A stretch of 64,000 nucleotides of DNA from Chloroflexota bacterium (GCA_034666405.1 JAXDLW010000028.1:3295-67294), one strand, 5' to 3'. Counted from the first letter of the stretch, positions 19,579 to 30,034 are shown. Notes: a model not told the origin generated them from the letters alone. Numbers and translations: made by a program.

Positions 19579-20670
19579 TCAGGCGATCGCGCCCGTCACT
19601 GCAGGTAGCAGGTGCTCCGTCCTGGACCCCCCCGGGGTGAGGACCACCTTCAGCGCCCCTGTCTCGCCCGCCCGTGCGAACGTGTCGTACGCGGCGACCA
19701 TGTCGTCCAGCCCGAAGCGCTGAGTCACCAGCGCGCTGGTCGGCAGCTGACCGCCCGCGAGGAGTCGAATCAACGTGGGCGTCGAGTAGGTGTCGACGAG
19801 GCCCATCGTGATGGTCACATCGCGAATCCACAGCTTCTCCAGGTGGAGGGTCGCGGATTTGCCATGGACACCGATATTCGCAACCCGGCCGCCTGGACGG
19901 ATGAGGTCGGTCGCGAGCTCGAAGGTCTCCGGGAGCCCGACGGCCTCCATTGCCACGTCGGCGCCTAGCCCTCCGGTAAGGGTGCGGATCACGGACAGGG
20001 CGTCCGAGCGGGTGGTGTTGACGACGACGTCCGCGCCGAATTTCTTGGCGGCCTCGAGCCGAGCATCCACAAGGTCGATTGCGACAATGTGCGCGGGGCT
20101 GAAAAGCCTGGCAGTCATGACCGCCGCCAACCCGATCGGGCCGGCGCCAACGATTGCCACGACGTCACCAGGTGAGACCTGGCCGCTCAGCACGCCGACC
20201 TCGTAACTCGTCGGCAGGATGTCCGCGAGCATCAGCATGTCCTCATCGCTCACGCCCGGGGGCACCGGGTACGTGGACGTGTCCGCGAAGGGAACGCGGA
20301 CAAATTCGGCCTGCGTGCCGTCAATGACGTGACCCAGTATCCAGCCTCCTCCGCCCAGGCATTGACCGTATCGGCCTTCGCGGCAGAAGCGGCACGCCCC
20401 GCAAGCGGTTATGCACGAAACCAGGACGCGATCCCCTGCCCGGACATTCTTCACCGCCGAACCGACGGACTCCACGGTGCCCACGGCTTCGTGGCCCAGG
20501 ATGCGGCCGTCGGTAACTGCCGGCACATCACCTTTGAGAATGTGGAGGTCGGTGCCGCAGATGGTGGTTGCGTCGACGCGGACGATCGCGTCGGTGTCGG
20601 CTGAAATCCCCGGCTTCGGGACATCCTCCCAGGCCTTCTGCCCGGGGCCGTGATAAACAAGCGCCTTCAT
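19579..20670 (-). CDS. Zinc-dependent alcohol dehydrogenase
   Basis: ICGTDLH, GHEAVG, CGACRFCREG..C, GAGPIG. Confidence 0.93.
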   Translation of the reverse strand: MKALVYHGPGQKAWEDVPKPGISADTDAIVRVDATTICGTDLHILKGDVPAVTDGRILGHEAVGTVESVGSAVKNVRAGDRVLVSCITACGACRFCREGRYGQCLGGGGWILGHVIDGTQAEFVRVPFADTSTYPVPPGVSDEDMLMLADILPTSYEVGVLSGQVSPGDVVAIVGAGPIGLAAVMTARLFSPAHIVAIDLVDARLEAAKKFGADVVVNTTRSDALSVIRTLTGGLGADVAMEAVGLPETFELATDLIRPGGRVANIGVHGKSATLHLEKLWIRDVTITMGLVDTYSTPTLIRLLAGGQLPTSALVTQRFGLDDMVAAYDTFARAGETGALKVVLTPGGSRTEHLLPAVTGAIA

Positions 20671-20752
20671 GTTGGGTCTCCTTTGAGAAGATGTGGCCGA
20701 GCGAGGTCGATGAACGACCGCTGAAACCCGGCCGAGCAAGTTGCAAGCGGCT

Positions 20753-21667
20753 TCATGCCGCGGAATGGGCGATCAGGACCGGGCCCTGGGCACCGTGCAG
20801 GACCGCCATCGATACGCTGCCGAGCGCCAACCGTCGCAGCGATCCTTCGCCGCGCGATCCCACCGCGAGTAGCGCCGGGGCGCAGTCCTCCGCCAGCGAG
20901 ACCAGGGCGGGGGCCGATTCCCCACTCAGGACAGTTGTCTTGATCGAGATCTCGTAGACCTCAGCCAGTTCGTCGGCCATCCGTCGAACCAGCGTCTCGC
21001 CGGCGTGCATGGTCTCCGTAGGTACGGTCGCGGCCAGGGCATACGGGTTGATCACGATGGCCAGCGTTACCTCAGCGCCGGTCGCCTTACCGATTACAGC
21101 GGCACACGCAGCCGCTCCGCGCGAGCTCTCTGACCCGTCGTAGCCGACAAGGACCCGATCGGGCGGCCAGGCTTCGTCGCCACGACGGACGACGAGGACG
21201 GGGGCCGTGGAATGATTGACCACACCCTCGGAGACGCTGCCCAGTGCCAGCCGCTTGATCAAGCCGAGACCACGGCTGCCGGTGACCACGAGCTGGGCAC
21301 CGATCGTGGTGGCGAGTCCGGCGATTTCCTCGGCCGCGACGCCCATCAACAGGTGCTCCCCGGCCACCGCGACGCCATCCCTGCGGAGCGCAGCGACCTG
21401 CGCGTGCAGGACCTCCGCGGCAGGCTCCGCGTAGACCGACTCAATGTCCGCGAGCGGAGCGCCGGCGGGGCCGAAGGCGGTGTTCAGCGGCATCCAGCTG
21501 TGCACGACGTGGACACCGACGTTCAGGCCACGCGCAAGATCGCCGGCGGCCAATGCGGCGGCCGCGCAATCGGGGGAACCTGAGATCGCCAGGAGGATTG
21601 GACCCGTACTGGGCGCACCTAGGGCTGTGGCGGCGGACCTGGCTTCGCGGGCGATGGTTGCTGGCAT
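20753..21667 (-). CDS. Tandem universal stress protein
   Basis: Two GSRG...LGSVS motifs. Confidence 0.92.
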   Translation of the reverse strand: MPATIAREARSAATALGAPSTGPILLAISGSPDCAAAALAAGDLARGLNVGVHVVHSWMPLNTAFGPAGAPLADIESVYAEPAAEVLHAQVAALRRDGVAVAGEHLLMGVAAEEIAGLATTIGAQLVVTGSRGLGLIKRLALGSVSEGVVNHSTAPVLVVRRGDEAWPPDRVLVGYDGSESSRGAAACAAVIGKATGAEVTLAIVINPYALAATVPTETMHAGETLVRRMADELAEVYEISIKTTVLSGESAPALVSLAEDCAPALLAVGSRGEGSLRRLALGSVSMAVLHGAQGPVLIAHSAA

Positions 21668-21773
21668 TTCTGATTTCCTCCGGCTCCGTGCGTGATGCAC
21701 AGGCTTTCCCCCACCGTCGCGCACCCCAGACCCACTGGCTAGGGCCGATCGGCCGCCGCGCTCGGGACCCTCT

Positions 21774-22484
21774 CTACCTGAGCGGGGGCCCGCTGTAGCT
21801 CAGGGCTTGCGCCGGTTCGGTTGCGAACTTGGGGTACCGGTCATCGAGGCGGTTGTCCAGCGCATTCACGACAGTGACCACGCCCGGGACAGCACCCACC
21901 ATCCGCACGGCCATCTCGCCCAGGCTCCACGACTCGACTTCCCCCTTGAGAAAGACCTTGCCCTCGCGGACCACGACAGTCACCGCTGCCGGGTCAATGG
22001 CGAGGGCGCCGGCGAGGATGTCCTCCGCCACCTCGCGATGGATCGCGGCGTCGTCACGGACAAAGCTCCGCAACAGGTCCCCGCGACTGACGATCCCCAC
22101 CAGGCGCCGCTCCGAATCGAGCACAGGCATCGACTTGAGGTGGTTGACCATCATCCGCTGCGCGGCTTCATTGACAGAAGCGTCCGGGCCGACCGCCTCC
22201 ACGTCCAGGGTCATCACCTGCGACGCCAGGGTGCCTTCGGCCTTGCGCAGCTGGTCGTCAAGCAACAGCCAGCGCTCGATCCGACCCGGGTGCCGCCCCT
22301 GCCATTGGACCTTCGCCAGCAGGTCCGCCTCCGACACGACGCCAACCACGCGCCGCTCGTCGTCGACGACCGGCACGAGGTCGATGTGGTGGCTCCTGAG
22401 CAACTGGGCCACAGATTTGAAGTCGGCGTTGGGGGTTACGGTCTCCACCCCGGTGGTCATCACTTCACTAACTCTCAATGTCAT
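21774..22484 (-). CDS. CBS-pair plus BON domain protein
   Basis: PVVDD..VVGVVSEADLL and LVGIVSRGDLL, then a BON-like GKVFLKGEV..VPGV. Confidence 0.9.
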   Translation of the reverse strand: MTLRVSEVMTTGVETVTPNADFKSVAQLLRSHHIDLVPVVDDERRVVGVVSEADLLAKVQWQGRHPGRIERWLLLDDQLRKAEGTLASQVMTLDVEAVGPDASVNEAAQRMMVNHLKSMPVLDSERRLVGIVSRGDLLRSFVRDDAAIHREVAEDILAGALAIDPAAVTVVVREGKVFLKGEVESWSLGEMAVRMVGAVPGVVTVVNALDNRLDDRYPKFATEPAQALSYSGPPLR

Positions 22485-22579
22485 CCCTGCTCCTTCTGGT
22501 GACGATCCAGGTCACCCTTCATCGGTGTGCGTCTCCGTCACCTCCATTCAGCGTGCAGGGCCCGCGACCGCCGGGGTAA

Positions 22580-22593
22580 GGGTCCAAAGGCCC
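22580..22593. promoter_or_regulatory. Candidate DosR-type box
   Basis: GGGTCCAAAGGCCC upstream of the CBS-BON/USP/ADH genes. Confidence 0.6.
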
Positions 22594-22619
22594 CTCAGAC
22601 GGGGGCCCTGACCTCCCCG

Positions 22620-23123
22620 TCAGGCTGCCGGCGCATCCCGGCGCGAGTGATCGTCCGGGTCAGCCTCGATGCCGGCCTGGACCCGGACCGCGACGCGATC
22701 GAGGAAATCTTTGATCGTCGCCTCCGCGACCCGGCGCATGAGAGCTCGGTCCGAGACGGCGCCCACCCAACCCAGGGGAGGCCGGTAGGTCGCACTGATC
22801 GCCAGTTGGGCGCGATCATCCGCGAGTGAGCAGACCTCCAGCTGGCCCTCGAGCGATGGCAGCATGGACCGCTCGGCGACCGGACGCCAGGCGATGGGTA
22901 TCGTCCAGGTGGCACCCTGTTGCCGGCCGTCAGAGACGGTCAGTGCCACCTCGCGGTCAATACGCCGCGGGCCCAGGTTGACGCCGACCTTCGACAGGAC
23001 CTCGAGGCCACGATGGTTGCTGTCACCAACGATCGCGGGAAGCCAGGCCCGAGGCTGAAGGCTCAACACCGCTTTGACGGCCGTAGCCGGGCATGGGATT
23101 TCGAGGTAGTAGCGCACCAGCAT
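22620..23123 (-). CDS. Hypothetical protein, possible SRPBCC-like fold
   Basis: YRPPLG..G...DRALMRRVAEAT motif; DosR-like box GTGCCAAAGGTCCC at 23159-23172. Confidence 0.75.
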   Translation of the reverse strand: MLVRYYLEIPCPATAVKAVLSLQPRAWLPAIVGDSNHRGLEVLSKVGVNLGPRRIDREVALTVSDGRQQGATWTIPIAWRPVAERSMLPSLEGQLEVCSLADDRAQLAISATYRPPLGWVGAVSDRALMRRVAEATIKDFLDRVAVRVQAGIEADPDDHSRRDAPAA

Positions 23124-23248
23124 GCGATCCACTCTGGGCCGCACGACGTTTCCGTCCAGTGCCAAAGGTCCCAAGATCGACGGGACCCCCCTCCGGGTAC
23201 GGCTCGTCGGGCTTCTTGGGTACCCCCGCCGCCGCACATACTGGTGGG

Positions 23249-25945
23249 ATGGTGGGCAGCAAGCAAGGACCAGAGCCTGGCTCGTCGGACGTCGTGCTCC
23301 GGGACGGGTCCACGATGCATGTCCGGCAGGTGGCCGCGCCCGACGAGGATGCCCTCGTCACCTTCCTTGAAGGGTTGTCGCCCGAGACGCTGCGCCTGCG
23401 TTTCTTCTCCGCCGGGATGGACGCGCGCACCATGGCCCGAACCATGATCGCGATCACCGGCAAGACCGGGGTCGGACTCGTGGCCACGGCTGGATCGGAT
23501 GGCGGCATATTGGCCCATGCGGTCATGGCCGTCACAGCAGCCGGTCGCGCCGAGGTCGGGTTCGCTGTGGCCGACGATCATGCGACCCTGGGGCTGGGCA
23601 CCGTGCTGCTCGGCCAGCTGGCCGAACTGGCCCCTGCGTTCGGTGTATCGATCTTCGAGGCCGTCGTGCTTCCCGAGAACCACCGGATGATCGGGGTCTT
23701 CAGGAAGAGCGGGTTCAGTGTCACGACCCGCCCGACGCCCGGGGAGATCGAGGTGGAGTTCCCCGTGGCTTTAAACGATGCCGCCCTCGTGCGCTTCTAC
23801 GAACGCGAGCACATCGCCGCAATCGCCGCCATGCGGCGCCTGCTCTATCCGAGGTCCGTCGCGGTCATCGGGGCCTCGAACAACCGAGGACGGATTGCGG
23901 CCGAGGTCTTCCACAACATCGTGTCGACCGGGTTCCCAGGCCCCATCTACCCGGTGAACCCCAGCTCCGCCCAGGTCCAGTCCATCCCGGCCTACGGCTC
24001 CGTGCTCGATATCCATGGAGACGTGGACCTCGCCGTCGTCGTGGTCCCCGCAGCGGCGGTGATGGACGTCGTGCGGGACTGCGGGGCGAAGCGCGTGCAC
24101 TCACTCGTCGTCATCTCCTCGGGGTTCGCCGAGACCGGGCCTGGTGGCGTGCGACTGCAGGAGGAGCTGGTGGATGAGGTGCGCCGGTACGGTATCCGAT
24201 TGGTCGGCCCCAACTGCATGGGGATCATCAACACGGCGCCAGACGTGCTGTTGAATGCCACCTTTGTCCCCCGCTTTCCAAAGGCCGGCTCAATTGCCTT
24301 CATGTCTCAGAGCGGCGGACTCGGTCTTGCGATCATCGACGTCGCCTCGCGGCTCGGTTTGGGGCTCTCGTACTTCCTTTCGGTCGGGAACAAGGCCGAC
24401 TTCTCCGGCAATGACCTGCTCGAGCTCTGCGAGGACGACCCCGCCACGGAACTGGTCCTGCTCTACCTCGAGAGTTTTGGGAACCCCCGCAAATTCGGCC
24501 GACTCGCCCGCCGGGTGAGCATGAAGAAGCCGATCGTCGCCGTGAAGGCCGGCCGGACCAGTGCGGGGATCCGTGCCGCGGGATCGCACACCGGGGCCTT
24601 GCTGGCCGCCTCCGACGTTGCGGTCGATGCATTGTTCCGTCAGTCAGGAGTGATACGTACCGAAACGCTGTCCGAAATGTTCGGAGTGGCCTCCCTGCTC
24701 AGCAACCAGCCCGTCCCGCGCGGCAACCGCGTCGTGGTCGTTACCAATGCCGGCGGTCTCGGTATCCTCTGCGCTGACGCGTGCGAGGCCGGTGGACTTG
24801 TCCTGGCCGAATTGCCGGGGGCGTTGCGCGAGCAACTTCTGCAGCTCCTGCCGCCGAACGCTTCAGCCGCGAACCCGATCGATATGACAGCGGCTGCTTC
24901 CGCCGAGCACTACGCCGCGTCGGTGGCCGCAATCGCGGACTCGGGTGTGACGGACTCGATCGTCGTGATCTTCGTTGCCCCCCTGGTGACTGACCCCACC
25001 GACGTCGCCCGGGCGCTTCGCGAAGTGGCCAGGGAACTCGATGAATCCATCACCCTCAGTGCCGTCTTCATGTCCGCGGAAGGGGTGCCGGCTGACGCCT
25101 CCGGGCAATCTCGCCACATTCCGTCCTTCGCCTTCCCGGAGGAGGCCGCCAGTGCCGTTGCGCTGGCTGTCGCCTATGGGGCCTGGCGGGCCGCGCCCAG
25201 GGGTCAGATTCCAACCCTGACCGGCATCAACCAGGACCTGGCCTCCGCCCTGCTTGCCGAGGCACTACTGGATCCGGGGTGGATGCCGATCGAAAAGGCG
25301 GCAGCGGTCCTGGCTGCCTATGGGATTCCGCTGTCGCCATGGCGGGTCGCCCGCAGCACCGCGGAGGTCGGCACGGTTGCCCGTGAGCTCCATGGCCGAT
25401 TGGCTCTCAAGGCGATATCCTCGCGCCTGCTCCACAAGTCTGACGTCGGCGGCGTCCGACTCGACCTGGATGGGGCCGCCGCCGCTTCCGCGGAAGCCCA
25501 GAAACTGCAGGCCTCCCTAGGCTCCGACAACGAGCTGGCCTTCCTGGTACAGGAGATGGCGGACCCGGGTGTCGAGCTCCTGGTCGGGGTGGTCCACGAC
25601 TCCCTCTTCGGGCCTCTGCTGGCCTGCGGGGCAGGCGGCACAATGGCGGAGCTTCTGGGTGACGTGCAGGTACGCCTGACCCCGGTGACTGATGTCGACG
25701 TCACTGAGATGCTGTCAGGGCTGCGCACATTCCGCTTGCTCCAGGGCTACCGTGGCCAGCCGGCGGCCAATATCGGCATGGTCGAGGACGTCCTCCTGCG
25801 GGTCGGTGCGATGGTGGAGAATCACCCCGAGATCGCCGAACTTGATCTCAATCCGTTGATTGCCGGCCCCGGCGGCGCCATGGTGGTCGACTGGAGAATG
25901 CGCGTGGCCACCTCATCGCCGCCGAGGCCGCTCGGCTCCCGCTAG
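23249..25945 (+). CDS. GNAT + NDP-forming acyl-CoA synthetase-like protein lysine acetyltransferase (N-terminal GNAT, PatA type)
   Basis: VVLRDG, RLRFF, GLGTVLL GNAT; then VIGAS, GPNCMG, SQSGG, HKSDVGGV, ELDLNP. Confidence 0.9.
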   Translation: MVGSKQGPEPGSSDVVLRDGSTMHVRQVAAPDEDALVTFLEGLSPETLRLRFFSAGMDARTMARTMIAITGKTGVGLVATAGSDGGILAHAVMAVTAAGRAEVGFAVADDHATLGLGTVLLGQLAELAPAFGVSIFEAVVLPENHRMIGVFRKSGFSVTTRPTPGEIEVEFPVALNDAALVRFYEREHIAAIAAMRRLLYPRSVAVIGASNNRGRIAAEVFHNIVSTGFPGPIYPVNPSSAQVQSIPAYGSVLDIHGDVDLAVVVVPAAAVMDVVRDCGAKRVHSLVVISSGFAETGPGGVRLQEELVDEVRRYGIRLVGPNCMGIINTAPDVLLNATFVPRFPKAGSIAFMSQSGGLGLAIIDVASRLGLGLSYFLSVGNKADFSGNDLLELCEDDPATELVLLYLESFGNPRKFGRLARRVSMKKPIVAVKAGRTSAGIRAAGSHTGALLAASDVAVDALFRQSGVIRTETLSEMFGVASLLSNQPVPRGNRVVVVTNAGGLGILCADACEAGGLVLAELPGALREQLLQLLPPNASAANPIDMTAAASAEHYAASVAAIADSGVTDSIVVIFVAPLVTDPTDVARALREVARELDESITLSAVFMSAEGVPADASGQSRHIPSFAFPEEAASAVALAVAYGAWRAAPRGQIPTLTGINQDLASALLAEALLDPGWMPIEKAAAVLAAYGIPLSPWRVARSTAEVGTVARELHGRLALKAISSRLLHKSDVGGVRLDLDGAAAASAEAQKLQASLGSDNELAFLVQEMADPGVELLVGVVHDSLFGPLLACGAGGTMAELLGDVQVRLTPVTDVDVTEMLSGLRTFRLLQGYRGQPAANIGMVEDVLLRVGAMVENHPEIAELDLNPLIAGPGGAMVVDWRMRVATSSPPRPLGSR

Positions 25946-25995
25946 GCCTGACCTCCCCGGGGCGTGCTCGAATAGCCCTCCGGCCCGGGCGGGTT

Positions 25996-26009
25996 GGGAC
26001 GAACGGCCC
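25996..26009. promoter_or_regulatory. Candidate DosR-type box upstream of phaC
   Basis: GGGACGAACGGCCC. Confidence 0.6.
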
Positions 26010-26077
26010 TACGCGGGACAACCAGCTGCCGGGCAAGCTGGTACCAGGCCGATGCCATTCACATGCGAGGAGCCAAC

Positions 26078-27895
26078 ATGATCACGCGAGAATTGAGCCC
26101 CCCCCCAACCCGTCCCCCCGATGAGGATCACCTGATGGCCGTCCTGTCGCCTGCGAGAAGCGCCAATCGCCGCCCCAAGCCTGCCACTCGGCGCGCCGCG
26201 CCCTCGGCGCTGCCGTCCGACATTCACGCGACTCCCTCCCCAGCGGAAGGGGTGACCGGGGTCATCGGCGGCGCCAACCCCCTCGTCGGCCTGTCGCCCG
26301 TACAGGTTGCCGCAGCGGCCGGGCGTTGGGGTCGCCACATCCTCACCGACCCCGCGGTCGCATTGGACCACGGGCTCCGGCTGGCGCGCGACCTCGCGCG
26401 CATCGCCGCCGGGAGCTCTGAGCTCGCAGCCGATCCCAAGGATCGGCGGTTTGTCGATCCAACGTTCACTCGGAACCCGGTTTATCACCGTGTCATGCAG
26501 GCGTACCTGGCCTGGCGTGCGGAGTTGCTGGCCACGATTGACGACCTCCCGATGGACGAGAAGAGCGGCGATCGAGCACGGTTCGCGCTCTCGCTGGTCA
26601 CCGAGGCCATGGCCCCAACGAACACGTTGCTGGGGAACCCGGCAGCAATGAAACGCGCACTCGAGACTGGTGGTGGCTCCTTGCTGAGGGGCGCCCGCAA
26701 CCGCCTCAGCGATGTGCGCAGCAATGGTGGTATGCCGACCATCGTCGACTCCAGGCCGTTCCGCGTGGGCGAGACGGTGGCCGTGTCACCCGGCGCCGTG
26801 GTGTTCCGTAGCGACGTCCTGGAGCTCATCCAATATGCCCCGACGACGCCCACCATCGGTGCGCGCCCGACCCTGCTGATCCCGCCCCAGATCAACAAGT
26901 TCTACATCCTTGACCTCGCCCCGGGGCGCAGTTTCATCGAGCACGTGGTGGCCCAGGGCGTGCCCTTCTTCGCGATCAGCTGGCGCAACCCGACGGCCGA
27001 CCAGCGCGACTGGGGCCTGGACACATACCTGGGCGCGATCCTCGAGGCCATCGATGTCACCCTTGCCATCAGCCGCAGTCGCGACCTGAACCTCCTGGCG
27101 ATGTGCGCCGGCGGTCTGACCGGCGCATGCCTCCTCGGCCACCTCGCCCATATTGGAGACAAGCGCGTGCGGTCCGCCTCCCTGGTGGTGACGGCCATCG
27201 ATATCTCGGTGCGCTCCCAGATCAACATCTTCGCCTCAGAACGTGCGGTGAAGGCGTCCATTCGGGGATCGCGCAAGAAGGGGATTCTGGAGGGCACCGA
27301 ACTCGCCAAGGTCTTCGCCTGGATGCGCCCCAACGACCTCGTGTGGAACTACTGGGTGAGCAGCTATCTCATGGGTGAGCAGCCTGCGGCGTTTGACGTG
27401 CTGGCCTGGAACGTCGACAGCACCAACCTGCCGGCGAAACTCCACGAGGATTTCATGCACATGTTCCTCGAGAACCCGCTGGTTACCCCTGGCGCCATGA
27501 CCGCGCTGGGCTCGCCGGTCGACCTCGGTGCGATCACCTGTGACCTGTACGCCGTGGGCGCGCTCACCGACCACCTCGTGCCGTGGCAGGGGGCCTACCA
27601 GGCGACGCAGTTGTTCGGGGGTTCGCGGCGCTTCGTACTCAGCTCGAGCGGCCACATCCAGGCCATCGTCAACCCTCCTGGGAACCCGAAGACCCGCTAC
27701 TTCACCAATGACGACTATGTCGCCGACCCCGGGGAATGGCTGAAGGGCGCTTCCGAGAACGCCGGCAGTTGGTGGGACGACTGGGCAACCTGGACCATGG
27801 ATCGCTCAGGTCCCGGGCGCCCTGCGCCACCGCGCCTCGGCAGCCGGGCGTTTCCCGTGCTGGAGCCCGCCCCAGGACGGTACGTGCGTGAGTAG
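26078..27895 (+). CDS. phaC: Polyhydroxyalkanoate synthase (class II-like)
   Basis: PPQINKFYILDL, lipase box AMCAGG, WMRPNDLVWNYW, TDHLVPW, SSGHIQ. Confidence 0.93.
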   Translation: MITRELSPPPTRPPDEDHLMAVLSPARSANRRPKPATRRAAPSALPSDIHATPSPAEGVTGVIGGANPLVGLSPVQVAAAAGRWGRHILTDPAVALDHGLRLARDLARIAAGSSELAADPKDRRFVDPTFTRNPVYHRVMQAYLAWRAELLATIDDLPMDEKSGDRARFALSLVTEAMAPTNTLLGNPAAMKRALETGGGSLLRGARNRLSDVRSNGGMPTIVDSRPFRVGETVAVSPGAVVFRSDVLELIQYAPTTPTIGARPTLLIPPQINKFYILDLAPGRSFIEHVVAQGVPFFAISWRNPTADQRDWGLDTYLGAILEAIDVTLAISRSRDLNLLAMCAGGLTGACLLGHLAHIGDKRVRSASLVVTAIDISVRSQINIFASERAVKASIRGSRKKGILEGTELAKVFAWMRPNDLVWNYWVSSYLMGEQPAAFDVLAWNVDSTNLPAKLHEDFMHMFLENPLVTPGAMTALGSPVDLGAITCDLYAVGALTDHLVPWQGAYQATQLFGGSRRFVLSSSGHIQAIVNPPGNPKTRYFTNDDYVADPGEWLKGASENAGSWWDDWATWTMDRSGPGRPAPPRLGSRAFPVLEPAPGRYVRE

Positions 27896-28715
27896 CGCCG
27901 GATATCAGACGTCAGAGCGGGTCGTGATGATCGACGGGCTGCGCCTGAAGGTATCGATCGCGGGTCGGCGCGGCCCTGCGCCCCTGGTCTTGATCAGCGG
28001 GATCGGGGCGCCGCTGGAGTTGTGGGATCCCTTCAGACGCGCGCTGGGGGCTGAGACCGTCGCGATCGACGCGCCCGGGGTCGGAGGCTCGGACACGATG
28101 CGATTTCCCCGCACCATGTGGGGGATAGCGGGCCTGGTCGACGAGCTCCTCGACCGGCTGGGTTACGAGACTGTTGATGTCGTAGGCCTGTCGTGGGGAG
28201 GCGGCGTCGCCCAGCACCTGGCGTTACGTCGCAGAAGCCGGGTCCGGAAGCTCGTGCTGGCGTCGACCGGCTTTGGACTGTGGAGCATCCCTGGCGACCT
28301 GCGCGCACTCGCTCACCTGCTCACGCCGGCGCGCTACTTTTCCCAGGGCCATTTCCTGCGAGTCGCTCCCGCCATGTACGGCGGCGAGACCCGCCGGCAC
28401 CCCGAGCGGCTGTCGGCCCAGGCCGCTGCGCGGTCAGCGCACCCGCCGAGCGCCGTCGGGTATATCCACCAACTGGCTGCCGCCTGGACCTGGGTGGCCC
28501 TGCCCCTGCTGCCGTTCATCCAGGCCGAGACGCTGGTCCTCTCAGGTGACGACGACCCCATCGTCCATGTCACGACCGCACGAGTCATGGCCGCGGCGCT
28601 GCCCCATGGACACCTGCATATCGCACCCGGCGGGGGCCATCTATTCATGGTCGACGAGGCCGCCGAGGCTGCGCGCGTCGTGTCCGGGTTCCTCGGCAAG
28701 CCCGGCCCGGGTTAA
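27888..28715 (+). CDS. phaZ: Intracellular PHA depolymerase (alpha/beta hydrolase)
   Basis: GIGAPLELW, DAPGVGGS, GLSWGG, GDDDPIV, GGHLF; overlaps the phaC stop. Confidence 0.85.
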   Translation: MSSAGYQTSERVVMIDGLRLKVSIAGRRGPAPLVLISGIGAPLELWDPFRRALGAETVAIDAPGVGGSDTMRFPRTMWGIAGLVDELLDRLGYETVDVVGLSWGGGVAQHLALRRRSRVRKLVLASTGFGLWSIPGDLRALAHLLTPARYFSQGHFLRVAPAMYGGETRRHPERLSAQAAARSAHPPSAVGYIHQLAAAWTWVALPLLPFIQAETLVLSGDDDPIVHVTTARVMAAALPHGHLHIAPGGGHLFMVDEAAEAARVVSGFLGKPGPG

Positions 28716-30010
28716 CCCGAGCCGGACGCGTCGATGGCAGGCGCGTCCCGGAAGCGCGCGGGGCTCGCCATGAAGCGATCGTGGCAATGGTCTGAGCAGA
28801 AATAGACGGCGTGTCCTTCATGCTCGCCTCGCGCAGGTGCATGCGCGGTCTCGACCTGCATCCCACACACCGGGTCGAGGGCATAGCCCTGGCCACCACC
28901 AAGCTTCTCGCGGTTCCTGTACAGGTAGAGGATGCCGGCGAACACCACCAGGAACACCAGGTTCAGGAACGTCGTGTAGTTCCAGTGAAACGCGGGCTCG
29001 ACAACCTGCAGTGGGCGGGCAGCCGGCACCAAACGAGCCCACTGAAACAGGTATTCGGTGATCAGCCCAGCGATTGACATCACAGTCCACATCAGGGCCA
29101 CGAGCCGGAGCGTCAGCGCCCACCCGTAGAACTTGCGGTAGATCAGGACCAGGGGCAGCGAGATCAGGTCGGCGAAGATGAAGCTGACGACGCCTCCGAA
29201 GCTGATCCCGCCCTTCCAGAGCGCGGCTGCGAGCGGGACGTTGCCGATGGAGCAGACGAAGCTGATCACCGCGATGAACGGCCCGACCAGCACGTTCTCG
29301 AGCGACGTCCAGAACCCGTGGCCGCGGAAGAAGACGACGTTCCACGCGGTGTCGGGGATCACCACCGCCAGGAAGCCGGCGACGACATAACCAATGACCA
29401 GCTCACGCCGCAGCATGTTGAGGTCGGCCATGGTGTAGCTGGCAGCGTCGGCCCAGCCGGCGACCGAGCGGATCCGCTGCCGCCAGGGCATTCCTTCACG
29501 TTCCTCCCCCATGCCCGCATGCGCCTCGTGCCCGGACATCGCGCCCTGGCCGGCCTCGAGTCGTTCCCGGGCCGCGCGGATCAGCGCAGGCTTCAGGAGG
29601 AACCTCGCCAGGATCGCCAGCAGACCGATCATGATCGCGCCGCCGATGTACTCACTCAGCGCGAACTGCCAGCCCAGCAGGATCCACAGCACCAGACCCA
29701 GTTCGAGCACGAGGTTGGTCGAGGCGATCATGAAGACCATCGCCGCGGTGAAGTCCGCTCCCTTCTGGAACAGCGATTTGGCCATGGCGCTGGCCGCGTA
29801 AGAGCAGGAGGACGACACCATCCCGAAGACGCTGGCGCGCGCCAGGGTCCTGGGACTGTGGTCCCCCATGAGTCGACGCATGTCGTCGCGCGAGACAAAT
29901 GCCTGGACCACCCCCGAGAGACCGAAGCCCAGGACCAGTGGCCAGAGCGTGTCCCAGAACATGAAGAAGGCCATCCGCAGGCTGCTGATCACGAGCTGCA
30001 GAACCTGCAT
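28712..30010 (-). CDS. Metal-resistance permease (DUF318-like) with C-terminal YHS domain
   Basis: SSSCSYAA, FVCSIGNVP; DPVCGM...YFCS. Confidence 0.88.
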   Translation of the reverse strand: MQVLQLVISSLRMAFFMFWDTLWPLVLGFGLSGVVQAFVSRDDMRRLMGDHSPRTLARASVFGMVSSSCSYAASAMAKSLFQKGADFTAAMVFMIASTNLVLELGLVLWILLGWQFALSEYIGGAIMIGLLAILARFLLKPALIRAARERLEAGQGAMSGHEAHAGMGEEREGMPWRQRIRSVAGWADAASYTMADLNMLRRELVIGYVVAGFLAVVIPDTAWNVVFFRGHGFWTSLENVLVGPFIAVISFVCSIGNVPLAAALWKGGISFGGVVSFIFADLISLPLVLIYRKFYGWALTLRLVALMWTVMSIAGLITEYLFQWARLVPAARPLQVVEPAFHWNYTTFLNLVFLVVFAGILYLYRNREKLGGGQGYALDPVCGMQVETAHAPARGEHEGHAVYFCSDHCHDRFMASPARFRDAPAIDASGSG

Positions 30011-30034
30011 CCCTCTTCCCTCCCCTACTTGAGG

